A DNA stretch of 57,410 nt from the NCBI RefSeq assembly GCF_006345805.1, contig NW_021834574.1, positions 1 through 57,410 of the forward strand. The letters run 5' to 3'. The translations under genes were made by a program, and so were the position numbers. The stretch comes from Octopus sinensis (taxonomy: Eukaryota). The notes under the pieces are model-generated. The model did no database searches. It was not told the origin of the DNA and was given only the letters and a program-made list of their open reading frames with translations. The stretch's first letter is position 1. Each line of letters starts with the position of its first letter. Positions 25,608-37,917 of this stretch are shown here, piece by piece.

Positions 25608-28600
25608 AAACAAATCAAATTGCGATAAAATAAAAATAATTATAATCGCTGGTATTACTAACACAAGCCATATATTTTTCATATATCAGTACATTAAGGC
25701 GAAATATGTGCTAGGAATACAGAAGCTTGATAAATTAAGTGAAATGAAGATAAAAACATTTACTAAACCGGTAAATTCTCAGACTGCAGTTTCTTTCTTT
25801 TCAGCAATAAAGATAATTTATTTGCCCAGGGAGAATTCTTCAGTGAGACCCTGTTTTTCTGGGATCCTAACTCACTAGAAGCATGTGCGTCTAATGATTT
25901 ACTCTTCCTAACTAATCATATCACTGCGCAGACTCCGAACGTCCCGACAACACTAGGGAATTCTGGTATATCGCCTGGCGCTCATAATTTATCGAGAAAT
26001 ATGTAAACAAATCAAATTGCGATAAAATAAAAATAATTAATCGCTGGTGGATTACTAACACAAGTCGTATATTTTTCATATATCAGTACATTAAGGCGAA
26101 ATAGTGCTAGGAATACAGAAGCTTGATAAATTAAGTGAAATGAAGATAAAAACATTACTAAACCGGTAAATTCTCAGACTGCAGTTTCTTTCTTTTCAGC
26201 AATAAAGATAATTTATTTGCCCAGGGAGAATTCTTCAGTGAGACCCTGTTTTTCTGGGATCCTAACTCACTAGAAGCATGTGCGTCTAATGATTTACTCT
26301 TCCTAACTAATCATATCACTGCGCAGACTCCGAACGTCCCGACAACACTAGGGAATTCTGGTATATCGCCTGGCGCTCATAATTTATCGAGAAATATGTA
26401 AACAAATCAAATTGCGATAAAAAAAAATAATTATAATCGCTGGTATTACTAACACAAGCCCATATTTTTTATATCAGTACATTAAGGCGAAATATGTGCT
26501 AGGAATACAGAAGCTGATAAATTAAGTGAAATGAAGATAAAAACATTTACTAAACCGGTAAATTCTCAGACTGCAGTTTCTTTCTTTTCAGCAATAAAGA
26601 TAATTTATTTGCCCAGGGAGAATTCTTCAGTGAGACCCTGTTTTTCTGGGATCCTAACTCACTAGAAGCATGTGCGTCTAATGATTTACTCTTCCTAACT
26701 AATCATATCACTGCGCAGACTCCGAACGTCCCGACAACACTAGGGAATTCTGGTATATCGCCTGCGTCATAATTTATCGAGAATAGAAATATGTAAACAA
26801 ATCAAATTGCGATAAATAAAAAATAATTATAATCGCTGGTATTACTAACACAAGTCGTATATTTTTCATATATCAGTACATTAAGGCGAAATATGTGCTA
26901 GGAATACAGAAGCTTGATAAATTAAGTGAAATGAAGATATAAAAACATTTACTAAACCGGTAAATTCTCAGACTGCAGTTTCTTTCTTTTCAGCAATAAA
27001 GATAATTTATTTGCCCAGGGAGAATTCTTCAGTGAGACCCTGTTTTTCTGGGATCCTAACTCACTAGAAGCATGTGCGTCTAATGATTTACTCTTCCTAA
27101 CTAATCATATCACTGCGCAGACTCCGAACGTCCCGACAACACTAGGGAATTCTGGTATATCGCCTGGCGCTCATAATTATCGAGAAATATGTAAACAAAT
27201 CAAATTGCGATAAAATAAAAATAATTATAATCGCTGGTATTACTAACACAAGCCATATATTTTTCATATATCAGTACATTAAGGCGAAATATGTGCTAGG
27301 AATACAGAAGCTTGATAAATTAAGTGAAATGAAGATAAAAACATTTACTAAACCGGTAAATTCTCAGACTGCAGTTTCTTTCTTTTCAGCAATAAAGATA
27401 ATTTATTTGCCCAGGGAGAATTCTTCAGTGAGACCCTGTTTTTCTGGGATCCTAACTCACTAGAAGCATGTGCGTCTAATGATTTACTCTTCCTAACTAA
27501 TCATATCACTGCGCAGACTCCGAACGTCCCGACAACACTAGGGAATTCTGGTATATCGCCTGGCGCTCATAATTTATCGAGAAATATGTAAACAAATCAA
27601 ATTGCGATAAAATAAAAATAATTATAATCGCTGGTATTACTAACACAAGCCATATATTTTTCATATATCAGTACATTAAGGCGAAATATGTGCTAGGAAT
27701 ACAGAAGCTTGATAAATTAAGTGAAATGAAGATAAAAACATTTACTAAACCGGTAAATTCTCAGACTGCAGTTTCTTTCTTTTCAGCAATAAAGAATTTA
27801 TTTGCCCAGGGAGAATTCTTCAGTGAGACCCTGTTTTTCTGGGATCCTAACTCACTAGAAGCATGTGCGTCTAATGATTTACTCTTCCTAACTAATCATA
27901 TCACTGCGCAGACTCCGAACGTCCCGACAACACTAGGGAATTCTGGTATATCGCCTGGCGCTCATAATTTATCGAGAAATATGTAAACAAATCAAATTGC
28001 GATAAAATAAAAATAATTATAATCGCTGGTATTACTAACACAAGCCATATATTTTTCATATATCAGTACATTAAGGCGAAATATGTGCTAGGAATACAGA
28101 AGCTTGATAAATTAAGTGAAATGAAGATAAAAACATTTACTAAACCGGTAAATTCTCAGACTGCAGTTTCTTTCTTTTCAGCAATAAAGATAATTTATTT
28201 GCCCAGGGAGAATTCTTCAGTGAGACCCTGTTTTTCTGGGATCCTAACTCACTAGAAGCATGTGCGTCTAATGATTTACTCTTCCTAACTAATCATATCA
28301 CTGCGCAGACTCCGAACGTCCCGACAACACTAGGGAATTCTGGTATATCGCCTGGCGCTCATAATTTATCGAGAAATATGTAAACAAATCAAATTGCGAT
28401 AAAATAAAAATAATTATAATCGCTGGTATTACTAACACAAGCCATATATTTTTCATATATCAGTACATTAAGGCGAAATATGTGCTAGGAATACAGAAGC
28501 TTGATAAATTAAGTGAAATGAAGATAAAAACATTTACTAAACCGGTAAATTCTCAGACTGCAGTTTCTTTCTTTTCAGCAATAAAGATAATTTATTTGCC

Positions 28601-31600
28601 CAGGGAGAATTCTTCAGTGAGACCCTGTTTTTCTGGGATCCTAACTCACTAGAAGCATGTGCGTCTAATGATTTACTCTTCCTAACTAATCATATCACTG
28701 CGCAGACTCCGAACGTCCCGACAACACTAGGGAATTCTGGTATATCGCCTGGCGTTCATAATTTATCGAGAAATATGTAAACAAATCAAATTGCGATAAA
28801 ATAAAAATAATTATAATCGCTGGTATTACTAACACAAGTCGTATATTTTTCATATATCAGTACATTAAGGCGAAATATGTGCTAGGAATACAGAAGCTTG
28901 ATAAATTAAGTGAAATGAAGATAAAAACATTTACTAAACCGGTAAATTCTCAGACTGCAGTTTCTTTCTTTTCAGCAATAAAGATAATTTATTTGCCCAG
29001 GGAGAATTCTTCAGTGAGACCCTGTTTTTCTGGGATCCTAACTCACTAGAAGCATGTGCGTCTAATGATTTACTCTTCCTAACTAATCATATCACTGCGC
29101 AGACTCCGAACGTCCCGACAACACTAGGGAATTCTGGTATATCGCCTGGCGCTCATAATTTATCGAGAAATATGTAAACAAATCAAATTGCGATAAAATA
29201 AAAATAATTAATCGCTGGTATTACTAACACAAGCCATATATTTTTCATATATCAGTACATTAAGGCGAAATATGTGCTAGGAATACAGAAGCTTGATAAA
29301 TTAAGTGAAATGAAGATAAAAACATTTACTAAACCGGTAAATTCTCAGACTGCAGTTTCTTTCTTTTCAGCAATAAGATAATTTATTTGCCCAGGGAGAA
29401 TTCTTCAGTGAGACCCTGTTTTCTGGGATCCTAACTCACTAGAAGCATGTGCGTCTAATGATTTACTCTTCCTAACTAATCATATCACTGCGCAGACTCC
29501 GAACGTCCCGACAACACTAGGGAATTCTGGTATATCGCCTGGCGCTCATAATTTATCGAGAAATATTAAAACAAATCAAATTGCGATAAAATAAAAATAA
29601 TTATAATCGCTGGTATTACTAACACAAGCCATATATTTTTCATATATCAGTACATTAAGGCGAAATATGTGCTAGGAATACAGAAGCTTGATAAATTAAG
29701 TGAAATGAAGATAAAAACATTTACTAAACCGGTAAATTCTCAGACTGCAGTTTCTTTCTTTTCAGCAATAAAGATAATTTATTTGCCCAGGGAGAATTCT
29801 TCAGTGAGACCCTTGTTTTCTGGGATCCTAACTCACTAGAAGCATGTGCGTCTAATGATTTACTCTTCCTAACTAATCATATCACTGCGCAGACTCCGAA
29901 CGTCCCGACAACACTAGGGAATTCTGGTATATCGCCTGGCGCTCATAATTTATCGAGAAATATGTAAACAAATCAAATTGCGATAAAATAAAATAATTAT
30001 AATCGCTGGTATTACTAACACAAGCCATATATTTTTCATATATCAGTACATTAAGGCGAAATATGTGCTAGGAATACAGAAGCTTGATAAATTAAGTGAA
30101 ATGAAGATAAAAACATTTACTAAACCGGTAAATTCTCAGACTGCAGTTTCTTTCTTTTCAGCAATAAAGATAATTTATTTGCCCAGGGAGAATTCTTCAG
30201 TGAGACCCTGTTTTTCTGGGATCCTAACTCACTAGAAGCATGTGCGTCTAATGATTTACTCTTCCTAACTAATCATATCACTGCGCAGACTCCAAACGTC
30301 CCGACAACACTAGGGAATTCTGGTATATCGCCTGGCGCTCATAATTTATCGAGAAATATGTAAACAAATCAAATTGCGATAAAATAAAAATAATTATAAT
30401 CGCTGGTATTACTAACACAAGCCATATATTTTTCATATATCAGTACATTAAGGCGAAATATGTGCTAGGAATACAGAAGCTTGATAAATTAAGTGAAATG
30501 AAGATAAAAACATTTACTAAACCGTAAATTCTCAGACTGCAGTTTCTTTCTTTTCAGCAATAAAGATAATTTATTTGCCCAGGGAGAATTCTTCAGTGAG
30601 ACCCTGTTTTTCTGGGATCCTAACTCACTAGAAGCATGTGCGTCTAATGATTTACTCTTCCTAACTAATCATATCACTGCGCAGACTCCGAACGTCCCGA
30701 CAACACTAGGGAATTCTGGTATATCGCCTGGCGCTCATAATTTATCGAGAAATATGTAAACAAATCAAATTGCGATAAAATAAAAATAATTATAATCGCT
30801 GGTATTACTAACACAAGCCATAATTTTCATATATCAGTACATTAAGGCGAAATATGTGCTAGGAATACAGAAGCTTGATAAATTAAGTGAAATGAAGATA
30901 AAAACATTTACTAAACCGGTAAATTCTCAGACTGCAGTTTCTTTCTTTTCAGCAAAAAGATAATTTATTTGCCCAGGGAGAATTCTTCAGTGAGACCCTG
31001 TTTTTCTGGGATCCTAACTCACTAGAAGCATGTGCGTCTAATGATTACTCTTCCTAACTAATCATATCACTGCGCAGACTCCGAACGTCCCGACAACACT
31101 AGGGAATTCTGGTATATCGCCTGGCGTTCATAATTTATCGAGAAATATGTAAACAAATCAAATTGCGATAAAATAAAAATAATTATAATCGCTGGTATTA
31201 CTAACACAAGTCGTATATTTTTCATATATCAGTACATTAAGGCGAAATATGTGCTAGGAATACAGAAGCTTGATAAATTAAGTGAAATGAAGATAAAAAC
31301 ATTTACTAAACCGGTAAATTCTCAGACTGCAGTTTCTTTCTTTTCAGCAATAAAGATAATTTATTTGCCCAGGGAGAATTCTTCAGTGAGACCCTGTTTT
31401 TCTGGGATCCTAACTCACTAGAAGCATGTGCGTCTAATGATTTACTCTTCCTAACTAATCATATCACTGCGCAGACTCCGAACGTCCCGACAACACTAGG
31501 GAATTCTGGTACATCGCCTGGCGCTCATAATTTATCGAGAAATATGTAAACAAATCAAATTGCGATAAAATAAAAATAATTATAATCGCTGGTATTACTA

Positions 31601-32640
31601 ACACAAGCCATATATTTTTCATATATCAGTACATTAAGGCGAAATATGTGCTAGGATACAGAAGCTTGATTGATAAATTAAGTGAAATGAAGATAAAAAC
31701 ATTTACTAAACCGGTAAATTCTCAGACTGCAGTTTCTTTCTTTTCAGCAATAAAGATAATTTATTTGCCCAGGGAGAATTCTTCAGTGAGACCCTGTTTT
31801 TCTGGGATCCTAACTCACTAGAAGCATGTGCGTCTAATGATTTACTCTTCCTAACTAATCATATCACTGCGCAGACTCCGAACGTCCCGACAAACACTAG
31901 GGAATTCTGGTATATCGCCTGGCGCTCATAATTATCGAGAAATATGTAAACAAATCAAATTGCGATAAAATAAAAATAATTATAATCGCTGGTATTACTA
32001 ACACAAGCCATATATTTTCATATATCAGTACATTAAGCGAAATATGTGCTAGGAATACAGAAGCTTGATAAATTAAGTGAAATGAAGATAAAAACATTTA
32101 CTAAACCGGTAAATTCTCAGACTGCAGTTTCTTTCTTTTCAGCAATAAAGATAATTTATTTGCCCAGGGAGAATTCTTCAGTGAGACCCTGTTTTCTGGG
32201 ATCCTAACTCACTAGAAGCATGTGCGTCTAATGATTTACTCTTCCTAACTAATCATATCACTGCGCAGACTCCGAACGTCCCGACAACACTAGGAATTCT
32301 GGTATATCGCCTGGCGTTCATAATTTATCGAGAAATATGTAAACAAATCAAATTGCGATAAATAAAAATAATAATCGCTGGTATTACTAACACAAGTCGT
32401 ATATTTTCATATATCAGTACATTAAGGCGAAATAGTGCTAGGAATACAGAAGCTTGATAAATTAAGTGAAATGAAGATAAAAACATTTACTAAACCGGTA
32501 AATTCTCAGACTGCAGTTTCTTTCTTTTCAGCAATAAAGATAATTTATTTGCCCAGGGAGAATTCTTCAGTGAGACCCTGTTTTTCTGGGATCCTAACTC
32601 ACTAGAAGCATGTGCGTCTAATGATTTACTCTTCCTAACT
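25608..32640 (-). repeat. Tandem array, ~397-bp unit, ~17.7 highly similar copies, one HHR per unit (retrozyme-like)
   Basis: AAACAAATCAAATTGCG recurs about every 397 bp from 25608 to ~32341. Both ends abut (TA)n. Confidence 0.95.
25777..25848 (-). ncRNA. Type-I hammerhead ribozyme of the 397-bp unit (first of 18 copies)
   Basis: Minus strand: TCTCA-CTGAAGA-ATTCT...AGAAA-GAAA-C TGCA G-TC^TGAGA. 5-bp stem I, palindromic TGCA loop, GUC triplet, A.A at 10.1-11.1 then 4 bp. Confidence 0.82.
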
Positions 32641-32734
32641 ATGTATATTATATATATGTATATATATATATATGTATATATATGTAAATATAATATATAT
32701 ATAGTATTATATATTATATATATATAATATTATG

Positions 32735-32765
<31 letters not shown>

Positions 32766-32875
32766 GTATATGTTATATATATTATATGTATATAATATGG
32801 TATATATATATAATATTTATATATATGTATAATATATAATATATATACATATATATATACATATATATATATATT

Positions 32876-35800
32876 TAATCAATATAGGGAGGCAAAAAAA
32901 ATTTTGTAGAATTCCTTTGCCCCCGGCGCCTAGTGGGAAAAAATTAAATAGTCATAAACCATTTTTAAGTTCAATATCAAGGAACGGCCATAATAGGCCA
33001 TTCACCCACTAGAAATAACAGCCAAAAAGCTTCAACTTCAACCGCAAAATAACATTAATCCGTAAATCAGAGAAAATTAAAAAAAAAACATTTACCTGAA
33101 ATTCCTTAGACGATGCACCGTTTCTTCTTCTTCTACTGTTAATGGTAAATTAACCTGATTAAATTAATCAAGCCAATCTAACCATAGGCCCTTAGATTCA
33201 TCAGTAAGGATAGCCAAATCGGAACAGATATTTTTCACGAGGCATTCTCGTCCATGCCTCGCCAATATCTGACCTAAAATTTTCAAATCGTCGCACTCGC
33301 GCCAAATTTATCGGCAGCAAATAAATATAAGCCGCCGATTCCATTACGGACCAACCAGAAAATTCATAATTAATCAATATAGGGAGGCAAAAAAAATTTT
33401 GTAGAATTCCTTTGCCCCCATCGGCCTAGTGGGAAAAAATTAAATAGTCATAAACCATTTTTTAGTTCATATCACAATCAAGGAACGGCCATAATAGGCC
33501 ATTCACCCACTAGAAATAACAGCCAAAAAGCTTCAACCGCAAAATAACATTAATTCCGTAAATCAGGAGAAAAAATAAAAAACATTTACCCTGAAATTCC
33601 TTAGACGATGCAACCGTTTTCTTCTACTGTTTAATGGTAATTAACCTGATTAAATTAAATCAAGCCAATCTACCATAGGCCCTTAGATTCATCAGTAAGG
33701 AATAGCCAAATCGGACAGATATTTTTCACGAGGCATTCTCGTCCATGCCTCGCCAATATCTGACCTAAAATTTTCAAATCGTCGCACTCGCGCCAAATTT
33801 ATCGGCAGCAATAAATATAAGCCGCCGATTCCATTACGGAACCAACCAGAAAATTCATAATTAATCAATATAGGGAGGCAAAAAAAATTTTAGAATTCCT
33901 TTGCCCCCAGCGGCCTAGTGGGAAAAAATTAAATAGTCATAAACCATTTTTAAGTTCAATATCACAATCAAGGAACGGCCATAATAGGCCATTCACCCAC
34001 TAGAAATAACAGCCAAAAAGCTTCAACCGCAAAATAACATTAATTCCGTAAATCAGGAGAAAATTAAAAAACATTTACCCTGAATTCCTTAGACGATGCA
34101 CCGTTTCTTCTACTGTTTAATGGTAAATTAACCTGATTAATTAAATCAAGCCAATCTACCATAGGCCCTTAGATTCATCAGTAAGGATAGCCAAATCGGA
34201 ACAGATATTTTTCACGAGGCATTCTCGTCCATGCCTCGCCAATATCTGACCTAAAATTTTCAAATCGTCGCACGCATCTCGCGCCAAATTTATCGGCAGC
34301 AAATAAATATAAGCCGCCGATTCCATTACGGAACCAACCAGAAAATTCATAATTAATCAATAGGGAGGCAAAAAAAATTTTGTAGAATTCCTTTGCCCCC
34401 AGCGGCCTAGTGGGAAAAAATTAATAGTCATAAACCATTTTTAAGTTCAATATCACAATCAAGGAACGGCCATAATAGGCCATTCACCCACTAGAAATAA
34501 CAGCCAAAAAGCTTCAACCGCAAAATAACATTAATTCCGTAATCAGGAGAAAATTAAAAAACATTTACCCTGAAATTCCTTAGACGATGCACCGTTTCTT
34601 CTACTGTTTAATGGTAAATTACCTGATTAAATTAAATCAAGCCAATCTACCATAGGCCCTTAGATTCATCAGTAAGAATAGCCAAATCGGAACAGATATT
34701 TTTCACGAGGCATTCTCGTCCATGCCTCGCCAATATCTGACTACCTAAATTTTCAAATCGTCGCACTCGCGCCAAATTTATCGGCAGCAAATAATATAAG
34801 CCGCCGATTCCATTACGGAACCAACCAGAAAATTCATAATTAATCAATATAGGGAGGCAAAAAAAATTTTGTAGAATTCCTTTGCCCCCAGCGGCCTAGT
34901 GGGAAAAAATTAAATAGTCATAAACCATTTTTAAGTTCAATATCACAATCAAGGAACGGCCATAATAGGCCATTCACCCACTAGAAATAACAGCCAAAAG
35001 CTGCACACCGCAAAATAACATTATTCCGTAAATCAGGAGAAAATTAAAAAACATTTACCCTGAAATTCCTTAGACGATGCACCGTTTCTTCTACTGTTTA
35101 ATGGTAAATTAACCTGATTAAATTAAATCAAGCCAATCTACCATAGGCCCTTAGATTCATCAGTAAGGAATAGCCAAATCGGAACAGATATTTTTCACGA
35201 GGCATTCTCGTCCATGCCTCGCCAATATCTGACCTAAAATTTTCAAATCGTCGCACTCGCGCCAAATTTATCGCGCCGTTCCTTGATTGTGATATTGAAC
35301 TTAAAAATGGTTTATGACTATTTAATTTTTTCCCACTAGGCCGCTGGGGGCAAAGGAATTCTACAAAATTTTTTTTGCCTCCCTATATTGATTAATTATG
35401 AATTTTCTGGTTGGTTCCGTAATGGAATCGGCGGCTTATATTTATTTGCTGCCGATAATTGGCGCGAGTGCGACGATTTGAAAATTTTAGGTCAGATATT
35501 GGCGAGGCATGGACGAGAATGCCTCGTGAAAAATATCTGTTCCGATTTGGCTATTCCTTACTGATGAATCTAAGGGCCTATGGTAGATTGGCTTGATTTA
35601 ATTTAATCAGGTTAATTTACCATTAACAGTAGAAGAAACGGTGCATCGTCTAAGGAATTTCAGGGTAAATGTTTTTTAATTTTCTCCTGATTTACGGAAT
35701 TAATGTTATTTTGCGGTTGAAGCTTTTTGGCTGTTATTTCTAGTGGGTGAATGGCCTATTTGGCCGTTCCTTGATTGTGATATTGAACTTAAAAATGGTT

Positions 35801-36712
35801 TATGACTATTTAATTTTTTCCCACTAGGCCGCTGGGGGCAAAGGAATTCTACAAAATTTTTTTTGCCTCCCTATATTGATTAATTATGAATTTTCTGGTT
35901 GGTTCCGTAATGGAATCGGCGGCTTATATTTATTTGCTGCCGATAAATTTGGCGCGAGTGCGACGATTTGAAAATTTTAGGTCAGATATTGGCGAGGCAT
36001 GGACGAGAATGCCTCGTGAAAAATATCTGTTCGATTTGGCTATTCCTTACTGATGAATCTAAGGGCCTATGGTAGATTGGCTTGATTTAATTTAATCAGG
36101 TTAATTTACCATTAAACAGTAGAAGAAACGGTGCATCGTCTAAGGAATTTCAGGGTAAATGTTTTTTAATTTCTCCTGATTTACGGAATTAATGTTATTT
36201 TGCGGTTGAAGCTTTTTGGCTGTTATTTCTAGTGGGTGAATGGCCTATTATGGCCGTTCCTTGATTGTGATATTGAACTTAAAAATGGTTTATGACTATT
36301 TAATTTTTTCCCACTAGGCCGCTGGGGGCAAAGGAATTCTACAAAATTTTTTTTGCCTCCCTATATTGATTATTATGAATTTTCTGGTTGGTTCCGTAAT
36401 GGAATCGGCGGCTTATATTTATTTGCTGCCGATAAATTTGGCGCGAGTGCGACGATTGAAAATTTTAGGTCAGATATTGGCGAGGCATGGACGAGAATGC
36501 CTCGTGAAAAATATCTGTTCCGATTTGGCTATTCCTTACTGATGAATCTAAGGGCCTATGGTAGATTGGCTTGATTTAATTTAATCAGGTTAATTTACCA
36601 TTAAACAGTAGAAGAAACGGTGCATCGTCTAAGGAATTTCAGGGTAAATGTTTTTTAATTTTCTCCTGATTTACGGAATTAATGTTATTTTGCGGTTGAA
36701 GCTTTTTGGCTG
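32876..36712. repeat. Tandem array, ~490-bp unit; ~5 units in one orientation (32876-35273), then ~3 inverted (35275-36712); one HHR per unit
   Basis: The unit recurs about every 490 bp. Orientation flips at ...GCCAAATTTATCG|C|GCCGTTCCTTG.... Flanked by (TA)n. Confidence 0.93.
35553..35658 (+). ncRNA. Type-I hammerhead ribozyme of the 490-bp unit (one of 8 copies)
   Basis: ATTCCTTA-CTGATGA-ATCTA...TAGAA-GAAA-CG GTGCAT CG-TC^TAAGGAAT. Perfect 8-bp stem I, GUC cleavage after 35650, A.A at 10.1-11.1 then 4 bp. Repeats at 36042 and 36531. Confidence 0.85.
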
Positions 36713-36917
36713 TCATATATATATATATATATAACTATATATATGTATATACATATATATATATATATACATGTATATATATATATATATGTATTATATA
36801 TATATATATATGTATATACATATATATATGTATATATATATATATATGTATATATATATGTATATATATATAATGTATACATATATATAAATATATACAT
36901 ATATTAATATATATACA

Positions 36918-36953
<36 letters not shown>

Positions 36954-37005
36954 CATATATATATACATATATATATATACATATATATTATATACATATA
37001 TATAC

Positions 37006-37038
<33 letters not shown>

Positions 37039-37200
37039 CAACTAAAAACATATATATATACATATACATATATATATATACATATATATACATACACATA
37101 TATATATATACATATACATATATATATATACATATATATATAATATACATATACTATATATATACATATATATATACATATACTATATATATATATATAC

Positions 37201-37261
<61 letters not shown>

Positions 37262-37310
37262 CATGTATATATATATATATATATAATATACAATATATAT
37301 ATAAAATACT

Positions 37311-37377
<67 letters not shown>

Positions 37378-37391
37378 CTTATATATATATA
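36713..37391. repeat. (TA)n microsatellite
   Basis: Direct reading. Confidence 0.97.
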
Positions 37392-37631
37392 TGTTAATAA
37401 AATAGAACATATGCATATATATAAACATATATGTACGTACCTACCTCTAATGTACATATACACGCATATATGTGTACAGGACACCAAAAAGACGTCGAAC
37501 ACATAGAGAGGAAAAACATAGACACAAACCAAGGACAAGACAACAGCAAAAAAGAGATACAGGACAATAAGCACAACGAAAAATCCCCTTCTTCAGTCGC
37601 TAAGGTTTCATCTCTAAAACGTTTCGAAGGA
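37392..37631 (-). mobile_element. Fragment of element Y between (TA)n tracts
   Basis: Reverse complement of ~11345-11594. Confidence 0.65.
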
Positions 37632-37642
37632 TATATATATAC

Positions 37643-37757
<115 letters not shown>

Positions 37758-37772
37758 CACATATATATATAT

Positions 37773-37819
<47 letters not shown>

Positions 37820-37917
37820 CATATTGATTGATTGATTGATTGATTGATTCTAGTTTCAGCTTATGAGCTGTGGCCATGCTGGGGCACGGCCATTTGGTGT
37901 TGCTACTTGGGTTCACT

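Noticed and set aside
25608-36712. Arrays as CRISPR, rDNA/5S or protein-coding repeats (ORFs 27690-27986, 34156-34360, 36353-36574)
   Set aside because: No unique spacers, no recognisable rRNA or tRNA similarity, and the ORFs depend on single-copy indels.
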